Part shown: positions 14,367-27,190 of the stretch, piece by piece
Layout of the letters: every line of letters starts with the position of its first letter
Position numbering within the stretch: position 1 is the first letter of the stretch
Assembly (NCBI GenBank): GCA_016906335.1
Contig: JADEYG010000002.1
Span: 1,364,001 to 1,428,000, forward strand
Direction: 5' to 3'
Source of the DNA: Novakomyces olei
Taxonomy: Eukaryota
DNA: 64,000 bases
Notes under the pieces: model-generated
What the model saw: only the letters and a program-made list of their open reading frames with translations
What the model was told of the DNA's origin: nothing
The model's database searches: none
Program-made: the position numbers and the translations under genes

Positions 14367-15538
14367 TTAAGAAGGCACAATTAAATCATGTTTAATAAAA
14401 TAAAAAATAAAACTAACCCTTGACGTGAGCAAATGAAAGGTATCGAAAATACAAAATGTTGTCGCACGTTGTTGAATTATTAATTTATCCTATTACGACT
14501 TAAGATCACGAAACCTTAGACCAATACCTGTTTTGCTTGCCATGTATAATGCTAGATAGTACATTTAAGCCCTAATGCCTAGTTTTTTTATTTTGATTAT
14601 GGGCTCCATCTACAACCGAACCTTGTGTTTCAAGCAAGCCTAATCGCCCCCTCTTGATCTGCACGTGATATCTCATATATTGCAAGGTGGAGGAGCTACG
14701 TGGGGGTCCATTACTATTTTCGTACAACATTTGTGATCTGATACATAAAATTAATATGTATGTTCATTTTCTGATAAATTAATATTCTGGCAAATTAATA
14801 TTCTGGCAAATTAATATTCTAATTGTATGTATTTCCATATGGAAGGGGCGAATACAAATGCGAGCTGGCCGGGAGGCTCTTTTGAAACAAAAATCAATAC
14901 GATATATTATTTCTCGTAGTTGAATATAGCCGGAGCGCGTGATCGCCTGTCAAAAGTGAGCAGGAGCTGTTCTAATTATAACTATGAACCTATAGATTTC
15001 TATGGCAAAAGCCTTCCCAAGACCCTAATCACAACCCTAATCATAACCCCAATCATAACCCCATATTATTCCCGATACGGTATTCGTACATTAGTATCCA
15101 ATGAAAGTGCACCATTTCCGGCCGCCGATCTAGAGTGAAATATAAAATCACGTGGTTCCTTCCGTTCCTCGTAAATGATGAACGTGTCCCGAAGTCATCC
15201 GCGATTATATACTCAGCTTGGTCATCTCTTCAGCCGACTGTGAACCTCTTTAATATACAAAAAGCTTTAGACTGAGCCATCGATGCTCACAATCGTTATC
15301 GCCCTGCTGCCCGTGTCCCTGTTGTATATTTAGTGCTATTATTACGTAAAAGTGAGCCGGACATGAGCGGGCCGATCTCGCCGAACTTAGTGTGCCGTTG
15401 AATGGTCTGCCAAGTAAGAATATCTAGAATGGATGATCCAACAATTATACATGTAAATATTACTATATAAAAAGCAGAGGACTAATCCAAGACATCCATC
15501 CACTCAAATCCGTCTTGGACCGATACCGAAAAGTCACA

Positions 15539-18500
15539 ATGGTTGACGCTCAGCTGAACCATCAACCCAACCCGCCACCGGAGCCTTCGAATCTTCCTGA
15601 CGTTGCTCTGCAACTGGCTCCAGATGTTCCGTACTCTAAAGAATCTGTGCCAGCGGCAGATTTGGCAAAACTCAAGAAGGCCCAGCGCCTCTCGGAGTAC
15701 ATTGCCGCAGCAATGATCTTTATGAGACGCAATGGGCTGTTGGAGGAGCCATTGACTGCTGAGCAGATCAAACCTCGTCTGCTTGGTCACTGGGGCACGT
15801 GCCCTGGTCTCATCCTAATCTACAGTGTCGCAAATTACGCTATCCTCAAGCACAATCTCGACATGTTTTACGTCACGGGTCCCGGCCACGGAGCACCCGC
15901 TATCCTGGCTTCCCTTTGGATTGAAGGCACTTTGGAAAAGTTCTATCCCCGCTACAGCCGCACCCGCCAGGGACTGACACACTTGATTTCCTCGTTTTCC
16001 GTGCCCGGTGGGTTCCCCAGGTACGTGATTCTTGTTTTATTAGTATTTATTATTTGCATATTATAAGTGGCAGTTTTTATGTGGCAAGTTTTATGTGGCA
16101 ATTTTGTTTCATCAACTTGCCGTTATAGTAGTTCGTCATACTATATTTTGTCATATTACTTGTCATCTCGTATTTTTACATTTTACTGTTATATTGTATT
16201 TGCCGTTATACTGTCTTATTATGTCTGCCGTCTGTCATACTATACTTTCCCTTATACTTGTCATTTTTATGACAAATTATTGAGCGCTACATGTGTCTTT
16301 CTCCAATGTTACTAACATGTCAGCCATGTCAACGCCGAAGTACCCGGTTCCATCCACGAAGGAGGTGAATTGGGATATGCGCTGGCTGTGGCGTACGGGT
16401 CGGTCATGGACCGGCCAAACTTGATTACAACGGTCGTCGTTGGCGACGGTGAGGCCGAGACTGGTCCTACTGCCACGTAAGTTTAACGTTCTTGAGGGGC
16501 CTTGGTCAATCTAACTTTGGACTAGCGCATGGCACGCACACAAGTACATTGACCCGAGAGAGTCGGGTGCAGTAATCCCAGTTTTGCACGTGAACGGCTT
16601 CAAGATCTCGGAGCGTACTATTTACGGTACAATGGATGACAAGGAGATCATTTCCCTTTTCACGTAAGTACTGCAGATATTTGGCTGCTTTCTTTGTTTC
16701 GTGTCTGTATTCCTGTTGCCCTTTTGCTCAAGCGCTGCTTCATAGTTGCAATGATGTTTATTGATATATTTTGTTGAGTCCAATCCAGTTTCTCTGGTCA
16801 TTATTTATCTTTTATTCTTTTTTATTTGTATATACAATTTGTTTATTTTTATTTGTATATTATTATTCACTCGTCAATTCTAACTTTGCAGTGGCTTTGG
16901 ACATCAGGTTCGTATTGTCAAAGACCTTGAAAACATAAATGAAGAGCTCGTTGCCACATTTGACTGGGCCGTTTCCGAGATTCGTCGTATCCAGGGTCTT
17001 GCACGCAGTGGCAAGGCCATGGTTAAAGCCCGTTTCCCCATGATTGTGCTGCGTACACCCAAAGGCTGGACAGGGCCAAAAGCACTGAATCATGAGCCCA
17101 TTGAAGGCAGTTTCCGTGCTCATCAAGTGCCGCTTCCTCTCGCTAAAACGGACGAGACGCAGCTGGAAATGCTGAGGCAATGGCTCACATCGTACAAGCA
17201 CGAAGAGCTACTGGACAAGTCCACGGGGGCTCCCATTCAAGATATCCTGGATATTCAGCCGCCGGCAGACAAGACGATGGGATCTCGGCCCGAGACTTAT
17301 AGGGCGTACGAGCCTCTGAATGTGCCTGACTGGAAGCAGTGTGCTCTGGAGAAGTTTGCTTTAGCTTCTGCCACTAAAACAACAGGAAATCTACTTGATC
17401 TTGCCCTGGTAGCGAACCCGAAATCTCTGCGTATCTTTAGTCCAGACGAGCTTGTGTCCAACAAGCTGGATGCCGTCTTCAATCACACTCACCGCAACTT
17501 CCAGGACGATCCAGAAACTGCGAATGACGGTGGACGGGTGATTGAGGTTCTGAGCGAACATACTTGTGAAGGTTGGATGCAGGGCTATGTCCTCACTGGC
17601 CGCTCTGCCATTTTCCCTTCGTACGAGGCCTTTTTACCTATTGTTGCCTCAATGACAGTGCAATATGCAAAGTTTTTAAAGACGCTGGAGGAGGTTAGAT
17701 GGCGTGGCGACGTTGGCTCTCTGAACTATATAACAACCTCCACTTGGGCCCGTCAAGAGCACAACGGGTTCTCCCACCAGTCCCCTCGATTCGTTTCCAC
17801 TGTGCTCTCGCTAAAGCCCAAGATTGGCCGCGTCTATTTCCCACCGGACGCGAACTGTTTCCTCAGCACAATGGCACATTGTCTGCGCAGCAAAAATTAT
17901 ATAAATCTGCTGATTGGCAGCAAACAGATCAACCCCACATGGCTCAATGCTGAGGAGGCAGAATTGCACTGTGTAGCGGGCGCCAGTATCTGGGAGTTTG
18001 CTTCCACTGAAAAGGGACTAGACCCAGACGTTGTCCTCGTCGGTATTGGCTGCGAGCTCACCTTTGAGGTTGTCGCTGCTGCTGCAATGCTGAGACAAGA
18101 CGTACCTGATTTGCGTGTGCGTGTGGTCAACGTCACTGACCTTATGATTCTCGGCGAAGGCCATCCTCACTCATTGTCCGAGTCGGCCTTTGAATCGCTC
18201 TTTACAAAGGACAAACCTCTGCACTTCAATTACCACGGAATCGCTGGCGATCTGCGTTCGCTCCTGTTTGGACGTTACTGTGATGAGCGCACAACCGTTC
18301 GCTCCTACAACGAGGAGGGAACCACCACTACTCCGTTCCATGTATGCCGATTATATCTATACATCTCTTTGTTTTTTCTGTGAATTTTTTTCTTTTGTTT
18401 TCTGAATTCTCATCGCTAACAACCAGATGATGGTAGTCAACGAAACATCGCGTTTCCATGTGGCAATCTCTGCACTGCGCAATTCTCAGAATAACGACAA

Positions 18501-18671
18501 GGTTTTCACACGCTCGCATTTGCTTGTCGCCAAGTACCAGCACTTGCTACGAAAGCACGAGGAATATATCCTGGAAAACGCGGCAGACCCGCCTAACGTA
18601 AGCGCTCAATTCATTTTTCTTGTTTTCCTGTTCTGACTGTTTAGATGTACGATCTGCCCAGGTTCGACTAG
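15539..18671 (+). CDS. xfp: Xylulose-5-P/fructose-6-P phosphoketolase (XFP)
   Basis: [90 protein letters not shown] and EEGTTTTPF; five GT-AG introns. Confidence 0.95.
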
Positions 18672-18978
18672 GTCGAAAAGCCGGATTACGAAGAGTCAGG
18701 TGGTGCGATATCAGTGTTTTGTTTGTTGAGAGAGATGATTTGGTGACGATTAAATTATTAAATTATTAAGACACTTTCCAATGTTAGATAATTCAGATAG
18801 TTATTCTTTATAAATTTATATTTTTATTACAAGTCCGACAGGCCAGTTTCTCGTAACGGTAAACAATTGGGGGGGAATGTCTACAAATATCATGAATCAC
18901 GCATAATACAATTAGGCAATTGTAAAATTGTTACAAATTTTTAATCAATTCCTGTATTAATCTAGCCTTGATCTACAT

Positions 18979-20355
18979 TTAGGCATTCTGATCAGGCCTG
19001 TGAATAATTTTAGAAAGATCAGATAACTGCAGCTTCTCACCGGTAACTCGGGAAACAGCAGCATTGTCTTTAGTAATGGGAATGGCCACACTTGACCCAT
19101 TATCAGCAAGCGACCAGCCAGCACGTGCAGTGACCCAATTGTCGAAATGCTCGCCGTGTAAATTGAGCCAGGATTGCAGAAGCTCTGCTGGCAGAGCGTG
19201 TGCCAGACGCGAAACTGCGTCTGTTATATACCGGCGTACGGCATCCGTGAACCCGTTACAGTCGGCCGTTAAATCAGCATATAAATCGTCTCCATCAAAG
19301 GCACTCCAGAAATCCTCAAAGTGAGCAGTGTCGAGTAGCGTGAAAAGGGTTTGCAGTTTTTGCACAGACTCGGCCAGAGACGCGTCAGGGCTTTCAGCCG
19401 CTCGACCAGCAGGCATTAGTATATGAGGCGGTAGTAAATGAAGGCACAAGTTGAAGTCAGGACGGCCGGGGACACTTAGAGCTTTTACTAGTGCATTCTG
19501 GAGGCAGTTAATATTTGATAGAAGACGGATTGTAGACAAGAGCTAACTGAATATTAAAGGCAGCACAAGGAGGGGAAAGACTTTACAGAATTTAACCACA
19601 ATTGATCAAAAAAAATGACTAAATATGAAAACGTTAAATATAAAAGCGTTAAAAATAAAAGCCTTGAATATAAAACCGTCGAGTATGAAAAAGTCGAGTA
19701 CAAGAAATGGCCTTTAATAATGATTTAATGAATCCAGATAGATCGACAACACAATTTTGGAGAATAAAATTTTGCAATATTTACCGTCACGGATTCTTCT
19801 TTGAGCAGGTGCGGGTTAAACTGGTATCTGTGTTGTCAGCCAATAGATCAAAACATAATTCATCGAAAATAAAGCGAGCACATTAGGCGCCGAAACATGA
19901 CCAAAAGATCTACTGCCGAGTCCCAAAAAATAATAATAAAGGCGCTTAAAAGCAGTGAATAATAGGCCTGTGCAGACACGGCTCAGTTAGAGCTAATATC
20001 TCTTAGTCATCGACAGTATCGTTCATGATATATAATACTGCCTGGCAGATACGATTTTCATCATGCCTGTGTCTGATACAAAGCAGGTCCCTTTACCAAA
20101 AAACAATAATGGGCCCGAGTGACCTGAAAAAATAGAACAGTAATTGACGGATAGAACTCACAATTTGAGAAGCGCCAAGTTGGCGAGACCGTCGTATGTT
20201 CCATCTGAGCATTGTGCCGAGAGATACTCTTCTAGTACAGAGGCATTAGACGGATTGTATCGGTCAACACTTTCAACGAGGTGGTCAACCTCGTCGGAGC
20301 GGCAAACGGGCCTATCGGCCAAGCTGGCCGATACTGCCGTCGATACTGAAGGCAT
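18979..20355 (-). CDS. EIF3K: Translation initiation factor eIF3 subunit K
   Basis: Spliced product reads VDRYNPSNASVLEEYL..Q....YDGLANLALLKL/YQFNPHLL...NALVKAL....PDFNLCLHLL...F..FW. Three exons; the middle exon is about 19784..19827. Confidence 0.92.
19973..20075 (-). ncRNA. Intronic box C/D snoRNA (predicted guide for 18S Am162, equivalent to human Am166/SNORD44)
   Basis: On the minus strand, box C ATGATGA (20064..20058) and box D CTGA (19986..19983) are enclosed by the terminal stem CAGACAC-a-GGC / GCC-GTGTCTG. The 11-nt guide TATTAGCTCTA next to box D is complementary to 18S TAGAGCTAATA at 48036..48046. Confidence 0.88.
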
Positions 20356-20740
20356 TTCAAAGTTTTTGTCGTACAATTGGGATATTCCTGGCTATATACA
20401 GGAAATATTTTATTCCTATCGCACGGTACGTGTGTATTATAAGCAAAATATATATTGAATACACACAATACTCAAATTATTTTATAATAATTTAATAAAA
20501 AATATTATTGAATAATTTAATTTACTTTAACTTAAAAATCAAATTAATAATATTATACAAAATAAATTTATATTTTATGTTTAATAAAATAATTATTTTT
20601 GCATTTAATTCTATTTTGTCTATTTATTTTATATCGTCTACTCTCCAAATAACTCTAAATTTTTTTACTTTTATAATTCTGGGATTAAATTATTAATAAT
20701 TTGCCAGAATTAATTGCGAATTTTCAGATCCCAGCTTACC

Positions 20741-21196
20741 ATGGCAAAGCAGAGGTATGTTGGCATCATAGTGTCAAAATTCCACTCTAAGACCGTCCGC
20801 GTCCGTGTCTCACGCCTGCGTTTGCTCCCAAAGTTTGGAAAGGTAAGGATTCGCTGCTCTTGCAAAATATTAACAAATGGCAAGCGTGTACGGTACCACA
20901 CGGATTTTCTGACGCATGACGAATCGGATACTGTAAAGCCCGGGGACACTGTTCGCATCGAACACTCTCTCCCAATTTCTCCTACGAAGCGATTCCGGGT
21001 TATTGATATAATTGCAGCGAGTCCTTTGGGCGATTTACAAAAGGCATTTTCACAGGCTCCACATCAAAAAGATACCGAGCATGAATTACCCGGCACGCAA
21101 AATCCGCCTCCGATTAATGTAACAACTAAAGATCTCGGCGTTAAGGACCCGTATTCTGGCAACGATCTGCACGGGAACAAGCCGTACCATGACTAG
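20741..21196 (+). CDS. MRPS17: Mitochondrial ribosomal protein uS17m
   Basis: YVGIIVSK.HSKTVRVRV...PKFGK/RVRYHTDFLTHDE....PGDTVRIEHSLPISPTKRF; 42-nt intron 20843..20884. Confidence 0.88.
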   Translation: MAKQRYVGIIVSKFHSKTVRVRVSRLRLLPKFGKVRIRCSCKILTNGKRVRYHTDFLTHDESDTVKPGDTVRIEHSLPISPTKRFRVIDIIAASPLGDLQKAFSQAPHQKDTEHELPGTQNPPPINVTTKDLGVKDPYSGNDLHGNKPYHD

Positions 21197-21661
21197 TTAT
21201 GAGAGAACTGCCGTTTTGATTTGATTAATTTAAAATAGCAAAAGGATTGACTAATGAGAATGGGTTTGCGCAAACGTGCGGTTCTCTATTACACTATATA
21301 ACTGCATAGGTGGATTGCAGAGCGTCAAATCAAGTTTACGGTTCCAGGCGCGATCAGGAGACTCCACAAGGCGGAACAATTATTGTTTTAATTATCGCAA
21401 GAGTTCCAGTACGGTTTAAAAAACAATTATGAATATGGCATTGCGAGGACAGACATTTACTAGATCAAAATACGCGGTCCAAACGTGCCTTCAATTTCTA
21501 AATGTATTATTCTACTCGATCAGCACACCTTGGAAGCCATCAAGTCTTTGTAAACCAATTTGTAATCGAGATACAGACATAGTCTAAGAGAGTAGGTAAA
21601 AAATGACGGGATTACAAATTATTTTGTTGCCAGGTACGGCAGATCTAGACATGGTGCTTGC

Positions 21662-23276
21662 CTACAGCAGCAGCTCAAGCGGATCCTCGAGAGTCTTCTT
21701 TAGCGCGGAAGTGAATCGTGCTCCGATAGCGCCGTCCACAACGCGGTGATCCGCTGAAAGAGTCAATTTCATTTTACGTACAACCTTGAACCCCTTCTCA
21801 CTGGCTGCGTCCAAGGCAAGATGCTCTGTAGTACTTCCTACAGCAAGAATTCCGCTCTGAGGAGGATTGATGATGGCTGTAAACTGTTCCACATCAAACA
21901 TGCCCAAGTTTGAGATTGTAAAAGTGCCGCCCTGGTACTCCTCCGGCTTGAGCTTATTATCCCGAGCACGTTTGCCCAGATCCTTGATAGTAGAGGAAAT
22001 CTTTTCAAGGCCAGTCGCCTCCACACTCTTCACGACCGGCGTAATAAGTCCTTGCGGAGTAGCAACTGCCACAGAGATATCAACGTTCTTGAACTGGCGA
22101 ATAAAATCACCGGACCAGGCTGAATTGGCCTCGGGCACTTTCTGCAGTGCTGTTGCTACCGCTTTTACGATTAGATCATTGACCGACAATTTGTAGCGAC
22201 CGTCAGCCTTCGCGTTAAGCGCCTCACGCAGCTTGAGTAGCTTGTCCACCTCTGCATTGATCGTGATGTAATAGTGAGGAGCCGTGTTCTTGCTCTCGCT
22301 CAATCGTTTAGCGATCGTTTTCCTCATCTGAGAAAGTGGAATATCTTCAAATGTGGGTCCTGCAGAAGCACCAGCAGCTGCCGCTGCCTCGGGTTTGAAT
22401 TTTTCAACATCTGCTTGGAGGACACGACCGTTGGGCCCAGTTCCTTTAACTTTGGCGAGCGGGATTCCTCGTTCCAAGGCAATACGCTTAGCCGCTGGGC
22501 TGGCAAAGACCTTATCCACAGGTTTAGGAGCAGGCTTTTCCGACTTGGCAGTCTGCATTTCTGCCTTTGGTTCGGCAGGCTTTTCCTTGGACGTTGCTTC
22601 AGCAGCGTCCTTTTTCTCAGGCTCAGCTGCCGACTCGGCGGGTGCTTTGGCACCGCCAGCATCTTCGATTGTGAAATCCGCGAATGCAGGGACATCGCTC
22701 TCATTCTCCACGAGAACAGCGATAGGCTTGCAAGTTAGAATATTTGGAGATTGAACGACTTACAGATCCGACTTGAATATCGTGAGCGCCCGCCTCAACC
22801 AGTGTCTTTGCCAGATAGCCTTCATCAGTGGATTCAAACTCCATCTGTGCCTTGTCCGTTTCGATCTCTGCAATAATATCGCCCGAAACTACCTGATCAC
22901 CCGCCTGCTTTGACCACGAGGCGAGATTGCCCTGAGTCATGGTCGGCGACAGTGCTGGCATCGCGATTACCGTATGCTCAGGGAAAGCTGGTAGAGCATT
23001 AGTCTTGGTGCTTGTCACGCAAGAATAAAGGTAAAAGCAAAATAAAGAATAAAAGGTAAATTAAACGGCAACTTACACTTGGAAGCATATGTCCGAAGGT
23101 ACGAGTTGACGGCGGGAAACGTCTTGGCAACGTGTCTATTACGTTAGTATACATGAAGCATTGCGAGTATGCAAAACAGCGTTTCCGCTAAAAAAGTACC
23201 TGGCTGTAAACTGACGCGCCGAGACAATTCGGCCTGCTGCCAAAGCAGAACCGGTGCAGCGGCGAAGACCGAACAT
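21662..23276 (-). CDS. LAT1: Pyruvate dehydrogenase E2, dihydrolipoamide acetyltransferase
   Basis: Lipoyl domain [12 protein letters not shown]...[10 protein letters not shown]3-binding ASPAAKRIA...GTGPNGR, catalytic [13 protein letters not shown] and DHRVVDGA; presequence MFGLRRC.. at 23276; three introns. Confidence 0.96.
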
Positions 23277-23456
23277 GCTGTCAGCAGCAAGACTGTGGTA
23301 GACTCAAAGCCCAGCGCCAGAAAAAAATGACTGTCGTTAAAAGGCAGAACGATCGCACGAGAACGAAAAAAACCCGTGAGAGCCGCCGACGGAATATGTG
23401 GGCGGAAAACCCTGGCGTGAGACTGGTGACAATGATAATTTTCATACATATACACA

Positions 23457-23537
23457 ATAATATTCAATATTCATACTATATCCACGACAATATTCATTAT
23501 ATCCACGACAATATTCATTATATACACGATAATATTC
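23457..23537. repeat. 21-bp minisatellite (AATATTCATTATATCCACGAC) upstream of LAT1
   Basis: About 3-4 imperfect copies. Confidence 0.85.
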
Positions 23538-24047
23538 CTACACAAGTGGGAGATGTGGGAGGAAACGTACAAGTAATAGGCAGATACAGCTCACTCGCTG
23601 TGCTGCTATTTGCAACTGTAAATTGGCACTTTGGACTCTTCTTGGCGCTTTTGGCAAGAGTGTATCCATTCACTCACGGATCGGTCAGATTGGACAAGAA
23701 GGACGGTTGCTTAAATGCTTTCAAATGCCATATTTGGCAAATATTAAGAGCAATAGACACAAACAAGAGAATTGCTATCTAAAGTTGGCATGTAAACCAT
23801 GTATTATCGAGAATATATTCAGTACCAGACAACACTGTTTGACTGGTTCACATTGCGGCTCGTCTGCACGACTGTGACCGTTTTCAGTTTTATTCTTTTG
23901 CTCGTTTTTCCATAAAATAGGCTGCTCAAAGACTAGTTCTCCAACGCAATTGTGCACTGTATACACCTGCCACAAAGTATTAATCAAAAAATGGTAACTC
24001 CAGAGTAGGATGTTGTTGCAAGCCAGACTCTGCTTCCAAAGCTTGGA

Positions 24048-24788
24048 TCACCCAGCCCGCTCAATCGCCTCAAAAGCCAAATCGGCGCTCTGCTTTGGAC
24101 TGACGCCGATTACCTTGTCAATCAGTTTCCCTCCTTTTGCAAACACAAAATGGCTTCGTTTCACCGAGTGTGGTCCCTGCGTGGCCCCCAACGCCTTCAC
24201 TAGACGCGCATCAGGGTCTGACAACAGAGAGTAAGGGAAATTTTGCTTGACTTTAAAATTGTGCTGTGCATTTGGCTTGTCAGTAGACAACCCATAAACT
24301 TCAAATTTTCTGTCCTTAAATTTAGCATAACTGTCACGGAAAAGACAGCCTTGAGTTGTACATCCCGGTGTAGAAGCGCGAGGGTAAAGGAAAATCACTG
24401 CACCATTTTCCCGTGTCAGATCTTTGATTCGAACTGTTTCTCCTTTTTCGTTTTCCAACTCAATGTCCGGCAGCTGTAACGAGGATTTTTTAGATTCGGC
24501 CTCGGGCTCGTCTTCTCCATTTTTCCTGGTATCACGCTTCCCGTCAGATTGAGAGCCCTCGTTCTTGGCCTCCTCTTTTTTGGCCTCCTTCTTTTTGACC
24601 TCCTTCTTTTCAGCTGGTGGTGGTTGATTTTTTACTTTTTTCTTCGGCTCTGCCTTGGCGGGGGGCTGAGCTGGTTCATCGCTTGCTGCTTTTTTAGATA
24701 CTTTCTTGGCAGGCGGCTCTTCTGGTCTGCCACCGTCGAACTTTTGACGCGTGGTCCTTTTCCGCTCTGAACGACGCTCGTCTGCCAT
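24048..24788 (-). CDS. DOT5: Nuclear BCP/PrxQ-type peroxiredoxin with Lys-rich N-terminal extension
   Basis: FLYPRASTPGCTTQGCLFRD, LLSDP and RSHFVF; the basic N-terminus is NLS-like. Confidence 0.9.
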   Translation of the reverse strand: MADERRSERKRTTRQKFDGGRPEEPPAKKVSKKAASDEPAQPPAKAEPKKKVKNQPPPAEKKEVKKKEAKKEEAKNEGSQSDGKRDTRKNGEDEPEAESKKSSLQLPDIELENEKGETVRIKDLTRENGAVIFLYPRASTPGCTTQGCLFRDSYAKFKDRKFEVYGLSTDKPNAQHNFKVKQNFPYSLLSDPDARLVKALGATQGPHSVKRSHFVFAKGGKLIDKVIGVSPKQSADLAFEAIERAG

Positions 24789-25375
24789 TGCGTGTGTTTG
24801 TTTATGTGGAGCAACTAAATTACGTAATAAACAATGAGATGACACCTATCTGTGGGTTATATTAATTTTAGCGGAAATAATAATAGGATCATAGAGATGT
24901 GTAGTAAATTATAGTAGTAGAATGTTACACATTTTAGAAACTAGAGCTAATTTCACTGCCAGCTAAACCTGTTTAATTTGACTTGGTGGAGTGTACTGTC
25001 TTTCTTGCTCTTAAGCCGAGGCACAGTCGTTCGGCTATGCACAAATTAATTTCAAAATTTGCCCCTCATGCAAAGCCATATGGGCCAAAGATTTCAACTT
25101 TTAGAATGAGTTATTGGATATAAAAAGAGAAAGCAAATTAAACAAAAAATCAAAATCAAAAATAGTTATTTGAAAATTTGATATGATGAAGCAGCCTCTA
25201 GCAATATTCGGTTCGACAAAGCAAGCATTCTGCAACTTCTACTTCTATTTGCACCAATTTATGCTAAGACAAAAGTAAATCTCTACTTCATTGAGTGAAA
25301 AGCTTTCAGAACTAGACAAATATACAGAAGATTGCTCTATTTAATAGATCTCTAAAAATGCTCACTGCCTTTCGC

Positions 25376-26488
25376 TCAATATCCAACTTCTCGATTGACC
25401 TCATTTACAAGCGGCTTACCCGCATTAAGTCTCCCCAAGTTCTCCCTTAGAATATCAAAAATACGGCTCATATGATGCCTGGACTTGTAACTGATGTGAG
25501 GGCTGATAAACAAGTTTTTAGCATGCCATAGCCGGTGATTGACAGGTAAAGGTTCAGGATCGGTGACGTCAATAGCCGCACCGCTAATTAGATCTGTTTC
25601 CAATGCGTCGTAAAGCGCGTCTGTATCTACAATTGGACCCCGGCCAACGTTAATGACAAATGTCTTGCCAGAATTGCTCATTATTTCAAATTGCCGTCTA
25701 CCAATAAGTTTATGCGAAAGCTCTGTCAGTGGAAGGCTGATGATTAGGCAGTCGAGGCCTTGAGCTAGAAAATTGTCAACACCATCGGGCCCATGAAACC
25801 AGGCACAAGGAATACGACCATCCGGATCGCCTGTACCCTGAACACAAAAACTGTCATCCTTTCGCGACTCGGCCGTTGGCTTTTCACGTAGCGTATACGC
25901 GTAAACATGCATACCAAACGCGTCAGCCAGACGCGCACATTGCCTACCAATCGACCCATACCCCAAAATTCCCATTCGCAGTCCCGGCAAGTCTTGCTCC
26001 GAAAGAGGTTTAGGGTCTATGGATGAGGGTGTTTCATTGTCCTTGATCTTTGTATTTATTTGCATGGCTGCCATCCGAGATTGTTGGATCCAATGACCCG
26101 TTTTCATGGCGTCATAATACCTAAACGCATGATGATAATGGTTCAGCAAGGTCATTAATGCCCATTCAGCAATTTGAGGACCATGGCTGCCATTGGCCGT
26201 ACATATAGCCACGTTTGGCTCTGTAAATATGGGGAACGGCTTGAGATGGTTGCACCCGGCCGATATTAGTTGAATAAGTTCGAGCTTTGGCGCTAGAGAG
26301 CGTGACTTTGGAAAAGCCGTGAAGGTCACAATGACTGCAGCATCATGCCAGACGGAATCGTCCACGGGTTCAGCGAAACTGCTCACTCTATGAACATGAA
26401 ATTCATACTGCGGAAACTCTTGCCTCAGCAAAGATACCCGTTCAGCAAAGTTTTGGATTCCAACATCGATTATCACGACTTTGCGCAT
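25376..26488 (-). CDS. D-isomer-specific 2-hydroxyacid dehydrogenase (NAD-binding)
   Basis: SAGCNH, HGPQIAEW, GILGYGSIGRQ, SLPLT, INVGRGPIVD, AAIDVTDPEPLP and ISPHIS; intronless. Confidence 0.9.
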   Translation of the reverse strand: MRKVVIIDVGIQNFAERVSLLRQEFPQYEFHVHRVSSFAEPVDDSVWHDAAVIVTFTAFPKSRSLAPKLELIQLISAGCNHLKPFPIFTEPNVAICTANGSHGPQIAEWALMTLLNHYHHAFRYYDAMKTGHWIQQSRMAAMQINTKIKDNETPSSIDPKPLSEQDLPGLRMGILGYGSIGRQCARLADAFGMHVYAYTLREKPTAESRKDDSFCVQGTGDPDGRIPCAWFHGPDGVDNFLAQGLDCLIISLPLTELSHKLIGRRQFEIMSNSGKTFVINVGRGPIVDTDALYDALETDLISGAAIDVTDPEPLPVNHRLWHAKNLFISPHISYKSRHHMSRIFDILRENLGRLNAGKPLVNEVNREVGY

Positions 26489-27190
26489 GTGGCAAAGATG
26501 GGCAATAAGCCGTTGGATCTACGCCTGTCTCCTGCTCTTTAGCTCTCAATCCACGCAATGGCCGAAGGCAAATAACAAATGCGCAAGTTTGACAGGTTCG
26601 CCGGCACGAATAGTATTAGGCGCTCAGCTCCCCGATTCGTTGTAGTCTCGCGCTTGTGATAACGAACAGAGGTTTATCGGATAAATTGACTATTTGAGCG
26701 TGCAAGGTTTTTCATTGGTAGCGATAACCCTAATGATGTAGTGGGATAGTAAGTAATAAACCTAGCAGGTTTTGGATAACAACGTATTTTAGAGTAATTG
26801 ACTATCAGCACTTGTGAGTAATCTGAAGTATAACCAAGTGTTTCTAGTGAATTAACTGAGTTCGCGATATAATGAAAAGAAATAAAATAGAAAAGATTGA
26901 AATAAAATAAAATAGAATGAAATAAAAATAAATGTGATTTACACAAATGTATGAAAACACTCGGTAATAATCTCATTTTTGTAATACACACAAACAGGGA
27001 CAATTGACGCGTAAATCAGCCAGAATCGCTTGTCGGCTTCTGTACAATGCCAAGAGTGTGCAGTTTGCGACGGATAAGACTGTCGATTTCTATCATTAAA
27101 GGAGCATTGTAGAGTGGTGCTTGTCTTATATACGCCTCAAACACGAGACAGCAAAACTTGCTCGATACTACGCAGCCGTGTTCTTTCAAG

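Noticed and set aside
15176-15275. ATGATGA...CTGA resembling a C/D snoRNA upstream of the phosphoketolase
   Set aside because: No convincing terminal stem and only a 9-nt rRNA complement, at a site I do not recognise as methylated.
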